DNA of 64,000 bases, from contig CAZVIP010000002.1 in assembly GCA_964627085.1 (NCBI GenBank), forward strand, positions 85,151-149,150, read 5' to 3'. The stretch comes from an uncultured Candidatus Saccharibacteria bacterium. GTDB taxonomy: Bacteria; Patescibacteriota; Minisyncoccia; Phycocordibacterales; CAIZLB01. Numbering within the stretch: position 1 is the first letter of the stretch; the number at the start of each line of letters is the position of its first letter. A program made the position numbers and the translations under genes. This document shows positions 18,055 to 28,153 of the stretch, piece after piece. The notes beneath the pieces were generated by a model that was not told where the DNA came from, ran no database searches, and was given only the letters and a program-made list of their open reading frames with translations.

Positions 18055-18393
18055 TTATACAAAATCAGCACCATACATTTCTGCTTTCACTTTTTCGAGT
18101 TCTGCGATTTTTTGAGGGTCAGTTATTTGTGTAAAGCGTGACATCTCTTTTTCCCCTGCCTTTACCATCTCGCTAAACATTTCCATTGGGCGTGCTTGCA
18201 TGTCTGCCGGAGCCATCCAATCACCCGCCTCATATAATGGTCGGTACAAAACCATTAAAATTCTGTCTTCGGTATGTCTTGCAATACCACAAACCTCATA
18301 TGTAAAATTATTTTTCTCTCCTGCCGGATCGTGCTTATAGTGTGTGTAATATCCTTTTTTTGGTATGTTCATGTTAATAAATTTTACCACCAA
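18055..18393 (-). CDS. DUF1653-like small protein
   Basis: YTHYKHDPAGEKNNFTYEVCGIARHTEDRILMVLYRPLY fits the DUF1653 pattern. Confidence 0.5.
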   Translation of the reverse strand: MVVKFINMNIPKKGYYTHYKHDPAGEKNNFTYEVCGIARHTEDRILMVLYRPLYEAGDWMAPADMQARPMEMFSEMVKAGEKEMSRFTQITDPQKIAELEKVKAEMYGADFV

Positions 18394-18709
18394 TAATTGC
18401 GTCTGGCTTGTCCGGTGTTATCAAAACTACATGTTGATTTGCATCGGGTACACCAAGTGTGAGTACTTCTGAAATGAATGGACCAATTTGTCTTGGTGGA
18501 AAATTGACAACACATAGAACATGCTTTCCAATTAAATCTTCTTTTGTATAAAGCGCGACAATCTGCGCGGATGAATTCTTTATTCCAATTTCGGTACCAA
18601 AATCTATTTTTAATTTGTATGCAGGTTTTCTTGCCTCAGGAAAATCATTCACCTCCATAATCTTCCCTACCCTTATATCCAATTTTTCAAAATCATCAAG
18701 TGTTGCCAT
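18374..18709 (-). CDS. tRNA-binding domain protein (CsaA/Trbp111-like)
   Basis: DIRVGKIMEV...GKHVLCVVNFPP...GGKIY match the tRNA_bind (EMAP-like OB-fold) family. Confidence 0.7.
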   Translation of the reverse strand: MATLDDFEKLDIRVGKIMEVNDFPEARKPAYKLKIDFGTEIGIKNSSAQIVALYTKEDLIGKHVLCVVNFPPRQIGPFISEVLTLGVPDANQHVVLITPDKPDAIIGGKIY

Positions 18710-18762
18710 GTTTTTTTAAATTATGTTATGTAAATTATACGAAACCCCTAAATAAGGTATTA

Positions 18763-19332
18763 TTAATTTCCAGTGGCCACATCCGCCGGCCTCCTAAGAC
18801 ATGCGATTGGTAATACAGTACCACTTTTTAATCTGTAGTCACCATCGTCCAATATCCTTTTTCCCTCATCTATAAATCCGATACGTTTATAAAATTGAAT
18901 TGCATTATCATTGTAAGCAACTACCTGTACCTCAGTATCGACAAGTGGATTAAGTTCAGATAGCGCCGTATTCCATAATTCCGTTCCCACACCTTTACCT
19001 TGCGACTCTTCAGAAACATAAATTGCAAGCAGCTTATTAGGATTACCCTCATCACCTTTTTGTACATAGCAAAAACCCATAACCTCACCATTTTCTTTTG
19101 CAACAAAAACTTTTTTATTTTCCGGTAAGTTATCGAGCCACTTTTGGTGTCCTGCAATTGTTTCTGGCAACAAGACATTTTTGAGCATATCCTCAATATC
19201 TGTCTTGGTCACTCCAAAATTTTCATTTGGGTATGTAGACATCCAAGTGTCATAGTATATTTGATTCATTTTTTCTGAATCAGCTGGTGTGGCAAATGAT
19301 ATTTCTTTTTGCATATTTAATAAGTGTATCAC
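18763..19332 (-). CDS. GNAT-family N-acetyltransferase
   Basis: VMGFCYVQKG...QGKGVGTELWNTAL...FYKRIGF are the GNAT motifs A and B. Confidence 0.7.
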   Translation of the reverse strand: MIHLLNMQKEISFATPADSEKMNQIYYDTWMSTYPNENFGVTKTDIEDMLKNVLLPETIAGHQKWLDNLPENKKVFVAKENGEVMGFCYVQKGDEGNPNKLLAIYVSEESQGKGVGTELWNTALSELNPLVDTEVQVVAYNDNAIQFYKRIGFIDEGKRILDDGDYRLKSGTVLPIACLRRPADVATGN

Positions 19333-19618
19333 AGGCTAAATCAGATGATTTAATGCCTGCCCTACACACCTTTCTTACACCAATAGCTAGGCAAATCACC
19401 AAACAGCATTCCACCTCCTCACCCATATACAAAAACCAAAAATATGGTATTGTCAGGGCGGAAAAAGCCTGATTATTTCATGTTTGTTTTACGAATTTTC
19501 AAACCTACAAACCATCCTACAAACCACACAGAAACGCCGCCCCACCAACATCCAGTAAACAATTACGGACAATTAATATCAGGCATCGTACACTGACAAA
19601 ATAGAAAGAACCAAAAAA

Positions 19619-21106
19619 ATGAGAGACAACGAAAACGGAAAAATCCGTTGGGGTTTCGACTCCAGAGCATTTGACATGCATGTAAATCAGCGCTCAGAAT
19701 ACCCGACACCGCACAGCATTGCTCGCGGAAAAGGGACAGTCGGAGCACCGCTTCTGGTTGATGATATCCATAAACACGGAATCACTAGCCTTGGCACGAT
19801 GTCCATCGCATCGATGCGTCACGGAGAGGACTTCACAACAGGTGATGATTGGTTTTTAGCAAGAGCCTTTCTACCATATACCAACGGGCTTTTCTGGCTC
19901 GAAGGAACTTTTGGAATCGCCCACCAACTTGGTTGGGTGGTTGAACTACAAAGGCTTATGCGAATCAAACAGTTATCACTACTGTGTTTTCCGGTGAGAC
20001 AAGGTGAGCCTTCATGCTCGATTGATTTTCATCATACGAGATTTCTGCACACCTACGACGTTATCGTGCACGGACTCTTGTGCGCACACAATGCAGGTAT
20101 TAAAGGCAAGGATCTTATTGCGCTTGAAATTGCGCTTGCTATCCACGACCTCTTTACCCCAGCTTGTGGCGACCTCATGAAATTCGTCGATTTCAAACGT
20201 TTCGACGAAGATGCGAGACTCACAAAGCTTCTGGACCACGAACCATATGTCACCATGTGTGCACATTTTGAAATTGATCCGAAAGAACCGATTCGCATCT
20301 GCCAAGAAAGAAATTGTGCACTCTCACGGATCAGGGATTTTGCTGACACCTTGGCGTATACTGCCAGGGACCTCTCTGCCCTTATGGGATACTTTGAGAG
20401 TGGGACAGCAATGACCCAAACTCAAATATACGAGAATCCTGAAGACCAGGCGCTCCTACAAGAGCTTTTGAGATATCGTCATGACAAGTCCGATTTTGCA
20501 CTTCTTTTTGAGGGTATAGAATTGGATGAAAGAGGAAACCTCGTCTTCAAGAGCGCGGATAGGTTGAAAACTTTTCTGCGCATACGAGCAATTCTTTTCC
20601 GGATTCTTTATTACAACCGCCAAACACGGAACGTCGAATACCTCCTGGGTATCCGACTTGTAAAGATGCTTCTTGGAAAAGGAATACTTACCCTTGAAGT
20701 ATTTGAGGGTCCAAACTCCGACGATGGCTCCATCTGGAGCGGTATCTACAAAGAAACTGGTTACAATCCGTCCTTCATGCACAATGGAGCGATTGGAAAA
20801 ACCACGTCATTTGAGACACAAGAACTTGCAGAAGCACATGTCAAAAAATTCGCTAGCGACACAGTCTGTGGCCTCATTTACAAATGGCCATCACAGACTA
20901 GATCGAAAGTGAATTATTGGTATGTGAAAACTGCCGATGGACCCAAACTTTGGTGCGATCAATTCCCAAATGCAGCCGAAGAGATCAATAGGATTATTCA
21001 GCCTACAGGCAAGTATCATGTTGCTCTCATCAACAAAGTCGAGCTCCCGCATATGAAAGAAAAATACTGGCAAGAACTGAAAAGGTTTGAGCTGGTGCTT
21101 CTCTGA
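19619..21106 (+). CDS. HD-domain phosphohydrolase (dNTP triphosphohydrolase-like); GC-rich
   Basis: HTRFLHTYDV...ALEIALAIHDLFTPACGD matches the H...HD metal-binding pattern of HD-domain dNTPases. GC is ~50%. It uses a TGA stop and is followed by two hairpins. Confidence 0.55.
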   Translation: MRDNENGKIRWGFDSRAFDMHVNQRSEYPTPHSIARGKGTVGAPLLVDDIHKHGITSLGTMSIASMRHGEDFTTGDDWFLARAFLPYTNGLFWLEGTFGIAHQLGWVVELQRLMRIKQLSLLCFPVRQGEPSCSIDFHHTRFLHTYDVIVHGLLCAHNAGIKGKDLIALEIALAIHDLFTPACGDLMKFVDFKRFDEDARLTKLLDHEPYVTMCAHFEIDPKEPIRICQERNCALSRIRDFADTLAYTARDLSALMGYFESGTAMTQTQIYENPEDQALLQELLRYRHDKSDFALLFEGIELDERGNLVFKSADRLKTFLRIRAILFRILYYNRQTRNVEYLLGIRLVKMLLGKGILTLEVFEGPNSDDGSIWSGIYKETGYNPSFMHNGAIGKTTSFETQELAEAHVKKFASDTVCGLIYKWPSQTRSKVNYWYVKTADGPKLWCDQFPNAAEEINRIIQPTGKYHVALINKVELPHMKEKYWQELKRFELVLL

Positions 21107-21162
21107 AGACGCGATCTTCAACAATGAACAAGGTGCGCATTCGCATAACTGCGCACCACCTC

Positions 21163-21220
21163 GCACCCATACCCCAAAATTTCCTTAACGGAAGTGGCGG
21201 GGTGTGGGTGCTTTTGTTTT
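21163..21220 (+). terminator. Intrinsic terminator: gcacccatacccc...ggggtgtgggtgc followed by ttttgtttt
   Basis: A 13 bp stem with an inner small hairpin and a T-rich tail. It lies downstream of the HD-domain gene. Confidence 0.6.
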
Positions 21221-21315
21221 AAGAACCCCTTCTATATCCTCAGCGACAATCCAATCACAGCCTTCTGATCCGACAATTGCTGCGCGCTTTATACTAGACG
21301 AGATGTGAATCTTTC

Positions 21316-21798
21316 TCAAGCCGAAAATGTATTATCAAAACTAGAAACAGCATCCTTAACTTCCTTTGAGAATACTTTTCCAGATGCCCAAGGAATGTAT
21401 TCACTCAATTTTTCAGGCCTTAAAAAAAGTCTTTCAGATGTTTCCATTTTTTTGTCAAAAATATTTACTTGAAAAGCGGATGCGGTAAATCTTAATTGAT
21501 AATTAATTTCATTTGTCTCAAGATTTACCACTTTCACTTTACCTAGATATTTAATGTTATCTATTTCAACCATAGCTTCTTCCATGACTTCTCTTTTTAA
21601 AGCCATCAAATAATCCTCCCCAACCTCTGGGTGCCCACCAGGTATTGTCCAGTTTTTACTTTTTACTATCAATAAGTCTTTGTCCTTGTTAAATACATAC
21701 CCGCTCACCTGAGATACACCCTCTTGTGGTATTTCACCGCCATGAGTCCAAATAAATTGATATGTTTTATCTCCAAATTTAACAATTTCTTTTACCAT
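21316..21798 (-). CDS. NUDIX hydrolase
   Basis: The Nudix box is GGHPEVGEDYLMALKREVMEEAMV. Confidence 0.75.
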   Translation of the reverse strand: MVKEIVKFGDKTYQFIWTHGGEIPQEGVSQVSGYVFNKDKDLLIVKSKNWTIPGGHPEVGEDYLMALKREVMEEAMVEIDNIKYLGKVKVVNLETNEINYQLRFTASAFQVNIFDKKMETSERLFLRPEKLSEYIPWASGKVFSKEVKDAVSSFDNTFSA

Positions 21799-21826
21799 GT
21801 AAATACATTATACCCAAAAGATTCTC

Positions 21827-22147
21827 TTATACACTCTCCAACGAATACACATCCATTGCAACCTCATCGTATGGATGAACTTCTTTGATTGCTTGGATGA
21901 CGTCTTGTAATTTGTCGCGTGAGCATACTGTTTCAATTCTTTCTTCAATCACTTCTTCATATTTTCCCACTTCACCGATATGTGGATTTGCACCAGCTTC
22001 AGGTTTAAATCTTCCCACGCCTTTTGATGAAAATGTGCAGTGTGTATAGTTACCTATTTTCCCAGCACCTGCATTACCCATGGCTTCACGAACAATATCA
22101 GTGTGAGTTTCTGGGACAAAGATGACAATTTTTACGTTTGGGGTCAT
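21827..22147 (-). CDS. Stand-alone NIF3/YqfO insertion-domain-like protein
   Basis: VIFVPETHTDIVREAMGNAGAGKIGNYTHCTFSSKGVGRFKPEAGANPHIGEVG...VHPYDEVAMDVY matches the PII-like insertion domain and C-terminal HPYEEPAYD motif of NIF3/YqfO proteins. Confidence 0.5.
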   Translation of the reverse strand: MTPNVKIVIFVPETHTDIVREAMGNAGAGKIGNYTHCTFSSKGVGRFKPEAGANPHIGEVGKYEEVIEERIETVCSRDKLQDVIQAIKEVHPYDEVAMDVYSLESV

Positions 22148-22176
22148 ATATGTGTTTAGGATAAATTAGTTTAGTA

Positions 22177-22479
22177 TTAAAGAGTATACCTGGACAAATC
22201 ATTTACCTTCATCTTTGAAAGTACCGGGTTTTTAACAGACTCTAAGACTTTGGTTATTTTAACCCCTGCAATTAGTTCTTTAATAAATTCTATAACTTTG
22301 GTCGGTTCATTTCCTGCAATGATTGCAAAGCGAACAACATTTTCTTTGTCAGATGCATTTTCTGTGAGGCAAACAATATCATTTTCGATAGTGAATTTAC
22401 GAATACGCCCACGCAACATCACACCATGCAGCGCATCTGCATCACTTTGAATTTCATAGATGTCCCAAGTTAATTCCAT
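22177..22479 (-). CDS. Hypothetical 100 aa protein (possibly an acylphosphatase-like fold)
   Basis: The ORF is intact and close to its neighbours, but there is no strong motif. Confidence 0.35.
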   Translation of the reverse strand: MELTWDIYEIQSDADALHGVMLRGRIRKFTIENDIVCLTENASDKENVVRFAIIAGNEPTKVIEFIKELIAGVKITKVLESVKNPVLSKMKVNDLSRYTL

Positions 22480-22485
22480 AATATT

Positions 22486-23058
22486 TTATTTAACTAATAA
22501 CACCTCCTCCAACAATTCCGGAAACTTTTCTGTCTTCATGATGTCTAGGACGAAGTGACCTTTGTCTTCAAATTGTGTGAAGTGCGCTTTATCCAATTTT
22601 GATTTGAGAATATTCACGGTAGTTAGAATATCAGGGAAATCGTCGGACGAATATATGACGGTTAGACCCTTTGTCTTATCTACAAGATTCTGATCAATTT
22701 CAAAATTGAAAAAATCAGGCACAACTGATTTTTCAGGATCAATCCATGGTGCAACAAGTACCACTTTTCCTACTCGTACATTATTTTCACTCAGCCAGCG
22801 GACCAAGAATCCCCCACCACAACTATGACCAATGAGAATTGTATTTTCGTCGGGTGTGAATCTCTCTAACATTTCTTTCCACTTTTCATAGCGAGGTTCA
22901 TAGAAGCCTGGCATTTCTGGCGCCTGCGCTTCGATGCCTTTGAGGAGCAATTGTCTTTGAATCCATGGTATCCAATGGTCATTTGATGGAGCTGGGCGGC
23001 TTTCATCCAAATATTCCCCCTTGTCGTTATATCCGTGAATGATGACTGCGGTTTTCAT
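22486..23058 (-). CDS. Alpha/beta hydrolase of the YdeN/RBBP9 serine hydrolase family
   Basis: VIIHGYND....HWIPW....LIGHSCGGGF is the GxSxG-type nucleophile elbow in a YdeN-like arrangement. Confidence 0.65.
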   Translation of the reverse strand: MKTAVIIHGYNDKGEYLDESRPAPSNDHWIPWIQRQLLLKGIEAQAPEMPGFYEPRYEKWKEMLERFTPDENTILIGHSCGGGFLVRWLSENNVRVGKVVLVAPWIDPEKSVVPDFFNFEIDQNLVDKTKGLTVIYSSDDFPDILTTVNILKSKLDKAHFTQFEDKGHFVLDIMKTEKFPELLEEVLLVK

Positions 23059-23062
23059 GGTT

Positions 23063-25078
23063 TTAATTAATTATTTTTATAATACCTGTATTGGCATCAA
23101 CTTCGACCATGTCGCCGTCTTTCAGTGCTCTAGTTGCATTTTTCGTCCCAACAATACATGGGATTTTTAGCTCACGAGAGATTATTGATGCATGGCACAT
23201 AATCCCACCCTCGTCAGTTACAATCGCACCGGCTTTTTTCATCAATGGGATGATATCTGGATTCGTGCTTATCGCGACTAATATTTCACCCTCTTCAAAT
23301 GGTGTATTCGGGTTATTAGATAAAAGCTTGCGCACTTTGCCAGTAACTTTACCTGGATATGTAGATTGCCCCGAAATACTTGAGTTCTCAGATTTTTCTA
23401 TTTCAGAAAATAATTTTTCAGAATTATCGACGTATTTGATTTCTTCGACGCCATCTATATAACGATATACATAACATTCTCCCTTCTCTGCATACTCCTT
23501 TCTGTTTTGAATATGCGCAAAGTCATCTGTCAGAACTTCGTGAATAGTTAGAAAAGCATAGTCGTCCTCATTTACACCATGTGATTTCAGTTTTGCTTTT
23601 ACAGATGGAATGAGTATTCCTGAAAGAAAGCGCGGATAATATGATTCTGACCTTAATTCCTTGCAAGCATTTAGTATTTCGGTGTGAGCTGGATTTTGTT
23701 CATCTAATTTTTCAACTGCAAACATTGGAAATATCACCGAATAGATCGCCAACTCTATTAGTGTTGCGAGCGCTTCGTCTACGGTAGCTGTCTTTTTTTC
23801 ATTGATTACATTTGAAACATTTTTATTCAGCTCTATGCCCTTTTGCAAAATCTCGAGAGCTTTTTTTGGCTCACTTAATGCAATGTCCGCTATTCGATTC
23901 TTCATTTCATCAATAGCACTTACATCACGAAAATGATTTGAAGTATTTCTAGGGTATTCAATAAAGAGACCCTTTTGCATATTTACTCCTATTATCTTTT
24001 TCATCAAATCTCCTGCATACCACATATTCCACACCGACGTCACAAAAAGATCAAATGGCCTAGAGATATACAAACTCCAGTCTACCGACGATTGATTAGT
24101 ATTTATATTTTTAGATCCAGCAGACAAAGTCGTAATCGGCCTACTCTGCACAATATAAAACTTGCCGGCTTCCCAGGCCCATTCGATATCACATGGGAAT
24201 CCATAGTGATTTTCGATAGTGAGAATAATTTCTGAGAGCTCGAGAATTTGCGCATCTGTGAGCACTTGTGAAGAAGCTTTTGGCTCTGCAATGGTCATCC
24301 ATTCATTATTTCCATGTTCAGCGGAAATATTTTCGGAACGATACAAGCCCCTTTCTTGTGTAGAGATATTTTTATCAAGAATATTTCTCGGTTCTTTTTC
24401 AACGACATATGAATCAGGGGTAACTGATCCGGACACAATTGCTTCACCAAGTCCAAATCCCGCTTCGATGATAAGTTGATTATAATCTTCGGTCACTGGA
24501 TGCACCGAGAATGCGATACCAGACAATTCTGATTCAACCATTTTTTGGACGACAACTGCGACGGAAATTTTTGTGGCGTGGAGCTCCTTTTCAAAACGAT
24601 AAAAAATAGCACGTGGAGTAAAGAGCGACGACCAACACAGCTTCACCTTTGTTAAGACATCGTCCTCTGTTGTATTGAGATATGACTCAAGTTGCCCCGC
24701 CCATGCATGATCCTTGCCATCTTCTGCAGTTGCTGAAGACCTGACCGCAACATATTTTGCATTCAGTTCTTTGAAAGATATATGTATCGCTTGTGCAATA
24801 TCCTCTGGCATATCGCGAGATAGGATGAGTGCTCGGATTGCCTCTGAGGCAGATTCGACGGTATGAATTTCTTTGTGATTTACTTTATGTAAAATTGAAT
24901 CAATCTCCTGTACGAGGTCTGTCTCGTGTAAAAACTGCTCAAATGACTCCGAAAGGACCACAAAACCAGGTGGTACTGGGATGCCTGCTTGGGTCATCTC
25001 ACCGAGAGACGCCCCTTTTCCTCCTGCGATATCGGCATTGTTTTTGCTGAGTTCCTTAAAATTACGAATTAATTCCAT
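23063..25078 (-). CDS. PEP-utilising phosphotransferase (PPDK/PEP-synthase-like N-terminal ATP domain plus C-terminal phosphohistidine mobile domain). It lacks the TIM-barrel PEP/pyruvate domain and has a rifampin-phosphotransferase-like architecture.
   Basis: The N-terminus GGKGASLGEM...VAVRSSATAEDG...AGQ is the PPDK_N ATP-grasp-like nucleotide-binding region. The C-terminus AIVTDEGGIMCHASIISRELKIPCIVG is the PEP-utilisers His domain. Confidence 0.6.
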   Translation of the reverse strand: MELIRNFKELSKNNADIAGGKGASLGEMTQAGIPVPPGFVVLSESFEQFLHETDLVQEIDSILHKVNHKEIHTVESASEAIRALILSRDMPEDIAQAIHISFKELNAKYVAVRSSATAEDGKDHAWAGQLESYLNTTEDDVLTKVKLCWSSLFTPRAIFYRFEKELHATKISVAVVVQKMVESELSGIAFSVHPVTEDYNQLIIEAGFGLGEAIVSGSVTPDSYVVEKEPRNILDKNISTQERGLYRSENISAEHGNNEWMTIAEPKASSQVLTDAQILELSEIILTIENHYGFPCDIEWAWEAGKFYIVQSRPITTLSAGSKNINTNQSSVDWSLYISRPFDLFVTSVWNMWYAGDLMKKIIGVNMQKGLFIEYPRNTSNHFRDVSAIDEMKNRIADIALSEPKKALEILQKGIELNKNVSNVINEKKTATVDEALATLIELAIYSVIFPMFAVEKLDEQNPAHTEILNACKELRSESYYPRFLSGILIPSVKAKLKSHGVNEDDYAFLTIHEVLTDDFAHIQNRKEYAEKGECYVYRYIDGVEEIKYVDNSEKLFSEIEKSENSSISGQSTYPGKVTGKVRKLLSNNPNTPFEEGEILVAISTNPDIIPLMKKAGAIVTDEGGIMCHASIISRELKIPCIVGTKNATRALKDGDMVEVDANTGIIKIIN

Positions 25079-25155
25079 AAGGCGATTTTATCATAAAAGT
25101 GGCTTTTTCTACAGATAGAAAATCTCAATTTGAAGCACTTTAATACAGACTAAAG

Positions 25156-25644
25156 CTATTCAAGCAAACCCTTTATAGCCTCAATATCATATTCATGCGC
25201 CACCTTTATGTGTACAATTTTTACACCAGCACCTTCAAGTATGGCATCAACCTTTCTATCCCTGCTTTCTCTTTTTGGTAGTGAATGTGATGAGTCATCT
25301 AATTCAATCACAGTATGTGGTGTAAAATACGGTTTCTCAAATAAGACAAAATCAACTACATATCGATTGATTCTATTTCTATATGTAAACTTATGTTTCT
25401 CGTATTTGTTTACAGAAACTATATTTGATAATGCAACCTGTGGAATGACATGATATTTTTCATCAACAACTGAGATTAAAATATCATAAAATTTTCTCTC
25501 CGCAATAGTCATCAAAAACGGTCGCTTAACGAAATGCTTATGATTGCCTGTTTTAATACCTATAATTAATTTTATGTACAAGAAAACTCCTGCGGAGATG
25601 ATGGTAAATAAAATTAAAATTCCGAGTGTATTGAGTGGGTTCAT
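25156..25644 (-). CDS. DUF2726-domain protein (restriction-endonuclease-like fold) with an N-terminal TM anchor
   Basis: ERKFYDIL...PQVALSNIV...VDFVLFEKP..PHTVIELDDSSH matches the DUF2726 conserved core. Confidence 0.55.
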   Translation of the reverse strand: MNPLNTLGILILFTIISAGVFLYIKLIIGIKTGNHKHFVKRPFLMTIAERKFYDILISVVDEKYHVIPQVALSNIVSVNKYEKHKFTYRNRINRYVVDFVLFEKPYFTPHTVIELDDSSHSLPKRESRDRKVDAILEGAGVKIVHIKVAHEYDIEAIKGLLE

Positions 25645-25683
25645 GCATAAAGCATAACATAGGTAATATGGGCTTTATTTTCC

Positions 25684-26214
25684 CTACCGCAAGACCACAA
25701 TACGATGATGATACTGTGCGTGTCGAACAGAGCCATCCAAGAAGCGAGTGATACGTATGTCGCGTTTGCCATCAGATAGTATACGTACATCTGCAACAAA
25801 GAATTCATCACCAGTTTTGAAGAGAAAACGGAAACATGTCCATTCTGCATCGAGTAGATAATCCTTTGCATTATTAACAATAAAGCTCTTGATCTGAGGA
25901 GTAGTCAGTATCAAGTGTTCGAAATTATTATCTACACCACCAAAAATCTTTGGGTACTCAGCATCTTCGATTTGTTCATATACACTAACTTCCACTTCGG
26001 GAGTTGCTTGCTCAGTTTTATCGCATCCCCAATTTTTGAAATCAGGACTGATATAGCTAAATATATCTGTAGCGGATGCAAGTATTTCTGTACCATCAGT
26101 AGCACCGATAGTCACATGTTTGTCTAAAGAAATAAGTTTAAGGCAACCGACAGTGCTTCTTTGGGTAACTTGAGGTGCATCGGGTTCGTTTTGATTTGGG
26201 TTTGTGTTGTTCAT
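25684..26214 (-). CDS. Hypothetical protein (177 aa counting from MNNTNPNQ)
   Basis: The ORF has a plausible start at an internal Met. The longer given ORF overlaps the upstream gene. No motif was recognised. Confidence 0.4.
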   Translation of the reverse strand: MNNTNPNQNEPDAPQVTQRSTVGCLKLISLDKHVTIGATDGTEILASATDIFSYISPDFKNWGCDKTEQATPEVEVSVYEQIEDAEYPKIFGGVDNNFEHLILTTPQIKSFIVNNAKDYLLDAEWTCFRFLFKTGDEFFVADVRILSDGKRDIRITRFLDGSVRHAQYHHRIVVLR

Positions 26215-26299
26215 GTGTTTTTTAGTGGTAAGAATTTTCGGGACTTTTTTTGCGCTCCTTCGGGATTGGATGATTTTGTAATTTAGCTTTGCTTCGCAC

Positions 26300-26944
26300 C
26301 TATAAAGCAAAACTATCTGTACTAAATCCACCCGCAACAGCAAGCTTAATGAATTCCTCTCGTGTCTCCGGAGTCTTCTGATAATGCATTGGTATAATCT
26401 TACCAATCTTCTTAAATTGTTTTACAAAATCAAATGCCTCTTGCGGACCAAAAGTATAAAACGTACCGACAGGTATAAGCGCGATATCTACCTCTAGATT
26501 TGAAACATCTATACCTGAAGGATAAAACATATCTCCTGCAAAATAGATTTTTTGTCCATCAGCTTCAATAAGAAATCCAAAATTTTCTCTAGGTCTTAGC
26601 TTAATATTTGGACCATGATCGACATCAAAAAAATGCACCTTGATACCATCAATATCTATCTGATCATCTACCTTCACTTGAATAATTTCAGATGGCAGTA
26701 GCTCCTCTCCGAGAGCCTCAACACACTCTTCATTGAGATAAATCTTTTTTGGAGAAAGAGTCTTGATCTGTTCGACAGAAAAATGATCACTGTGAATATG
26801 CGAAACTAACATTGCATCAGGAAAAATGCCACTTAACTTTTCTATCGGAGAATAGCTTCCAATATCAATTGCCAACTTATAACCATTGTCAGTTTCAAGA
26901 ATAAATCCGGATTGTTCGTAGTGTGAAATCTTCATATTTCCCAT
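26300..26944 (-). CDS. Metallo-beta-lactamase-fold hydrolase
   Basis: SHIHSDH (the HxHxDH motif) with downstream His/Asp ligands. Confidence 0.7.
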   Translation of the reverse strand: MGNMKISHYEQSGFILETDNGYKLAIDIGSYSPIEKLSGIFPDAMLVSHIHSDHFSVEQIKTLSPKKIYLNEECVEALGEELLPSEIIQVKVDDQIDIDGIKVHFFDVDHGPNIKLRPRENFGFLIEADGQKIYFAGDMFYPSGIDVSNLEVDIALIPVGTFYTFGPQEAFDFVKQFKKIGKIIPMHYQKTPETREEFIKLAVAGGFSTDSFAL

Positions 26945-27213
26945 TATATCTTGATTTGGAAGATGAGCTAGGTTTTGACATCACCTGAATTAGGCCTTAC
27001 TTAGGCTCTCTTCTCGCCGGAAGGTGTCTGAGGCATGCAAAGAGTTCAATATCTAAAAGGTACAAACTTTGAGAAACGAGAGTTACTGAGTTGCTTGAGA
27101 AGTAAGGCAACAGTACAAAATAAGGCTATATGCATGGTGCGCATGAAAAAAACTATCCAATCAATACACCCAACACGTTCTCCAGTTCTAACCATTTGTG
27201 ATATATTTAAAAT

Positions 27214-27711
27214 ATGAAATTAATATTTACACTTATCAACATATTCTTACTAGGCACCCTAGCTTTTGTAGGGATTGCAAATGATATGTTTGATGAGTTT
27301 TCAAGTTTTATAATATTTTGTTTACTTCTTACCCCTTTAGTTATCGCACTAGCGTATACTAACGGTTCATTCAGGAATCATTTCATTAAGTGGTTACTTT
27401 TTGCTGTTTATCAAATCACAGCCTTGTCTCTATTCTATCTAATATTAGTCGAGAATTCTAACATAAAAGAACTTATTTTAGGCTTATGTACAGTCGGGGC
27501 ACTTGTATTTAATTCTCTGTATATTTTTCAATTTAAAATCAGAAATATAGATCAGATCTATATTAGGATTGCCAAAGAAAAAGAAGAGGGGTACAAGGAC
27601 GAAGGGCTTTGGATTAAAGCAGTTAGTATGTCAGGAGGTAACGACAAGAAAATAGAATCACTATATATAAAACTTAGGGTAAAAAAACTTCTAGAGCAAG
27701 GTGATAAATAG
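27214..27711 (+). CDS. Membrane protein, 4 TM helices, with a Lys/Glu-rich cytoplasmic tail
   Basis: Judged from the hydrophobicity pattern only. Confidence 0.4.
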   Translation: MKLIFTLINIFLLGTLAFVGIANDMFDEFSSFIIFCLLLTPLVIALAYTNGSFRNHFIKWLLFAVYQITALSLFYLILVENSNIKELILGLCTVGALVFNSLYIFQFKIRNIDQIYIRIAKEKEEGYKDEGLWIKAVSMSGGNDKKIESLYIKLRVKKLLEQGDK

Positions 27712-27913
27712 CACACTTTCAAATATATCAATACTTTGACACGCCCGAGCACAAGACTCTCTTTTTCAAAACCTAACCCCTCCCGATACTATGAGACTGT
27801 CACATGGCTGCATGCATCCAATATTTTGAACCGCAGCCTGCCAAACCCTATAAGGAGATTTAATACCCTTGCATTTAAGACGTAACTTGAGTATCTAAAA
27901 AGTGACAATGACA

Positions 27914-28153
27914 CTAACCTCTGGGAGGAAATGGGTCTCGTCCATAAGTGTTTGATTGCGATATTTTTCCATCTTTATTCTGAACCCTGAGTTCTGCATC
28001 ATTCTTTTTGGCAATTTCTATAGCCCTCTTTACAGCACTTGCTTTATTCACAGCGTGTAAGCTGTCTCGTTTAGTATCCGTCTGATGAACACGCCAACCC
28101 CCTCCTTGCTTTGGTGATACCCATACCTGTTTTTTTGGTGACTGTTTAGACAT
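27914..28153 (-). CDS. DUF2188-family small protein
   Basis: GGGWRVHQ...AVKRAIEIAKKNDAELRVQNKDGKI...YGRDPFPP matches DUF2188. Confidence 0.55.
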   Translation of the reverse strand: MSKQSPKKQVWVSPKQGGGWRVHQTDTKRDSLHAVNKASAVKRAIEIAKKNDAELRVQNKDGKISQSNTYGRDPFPPRG

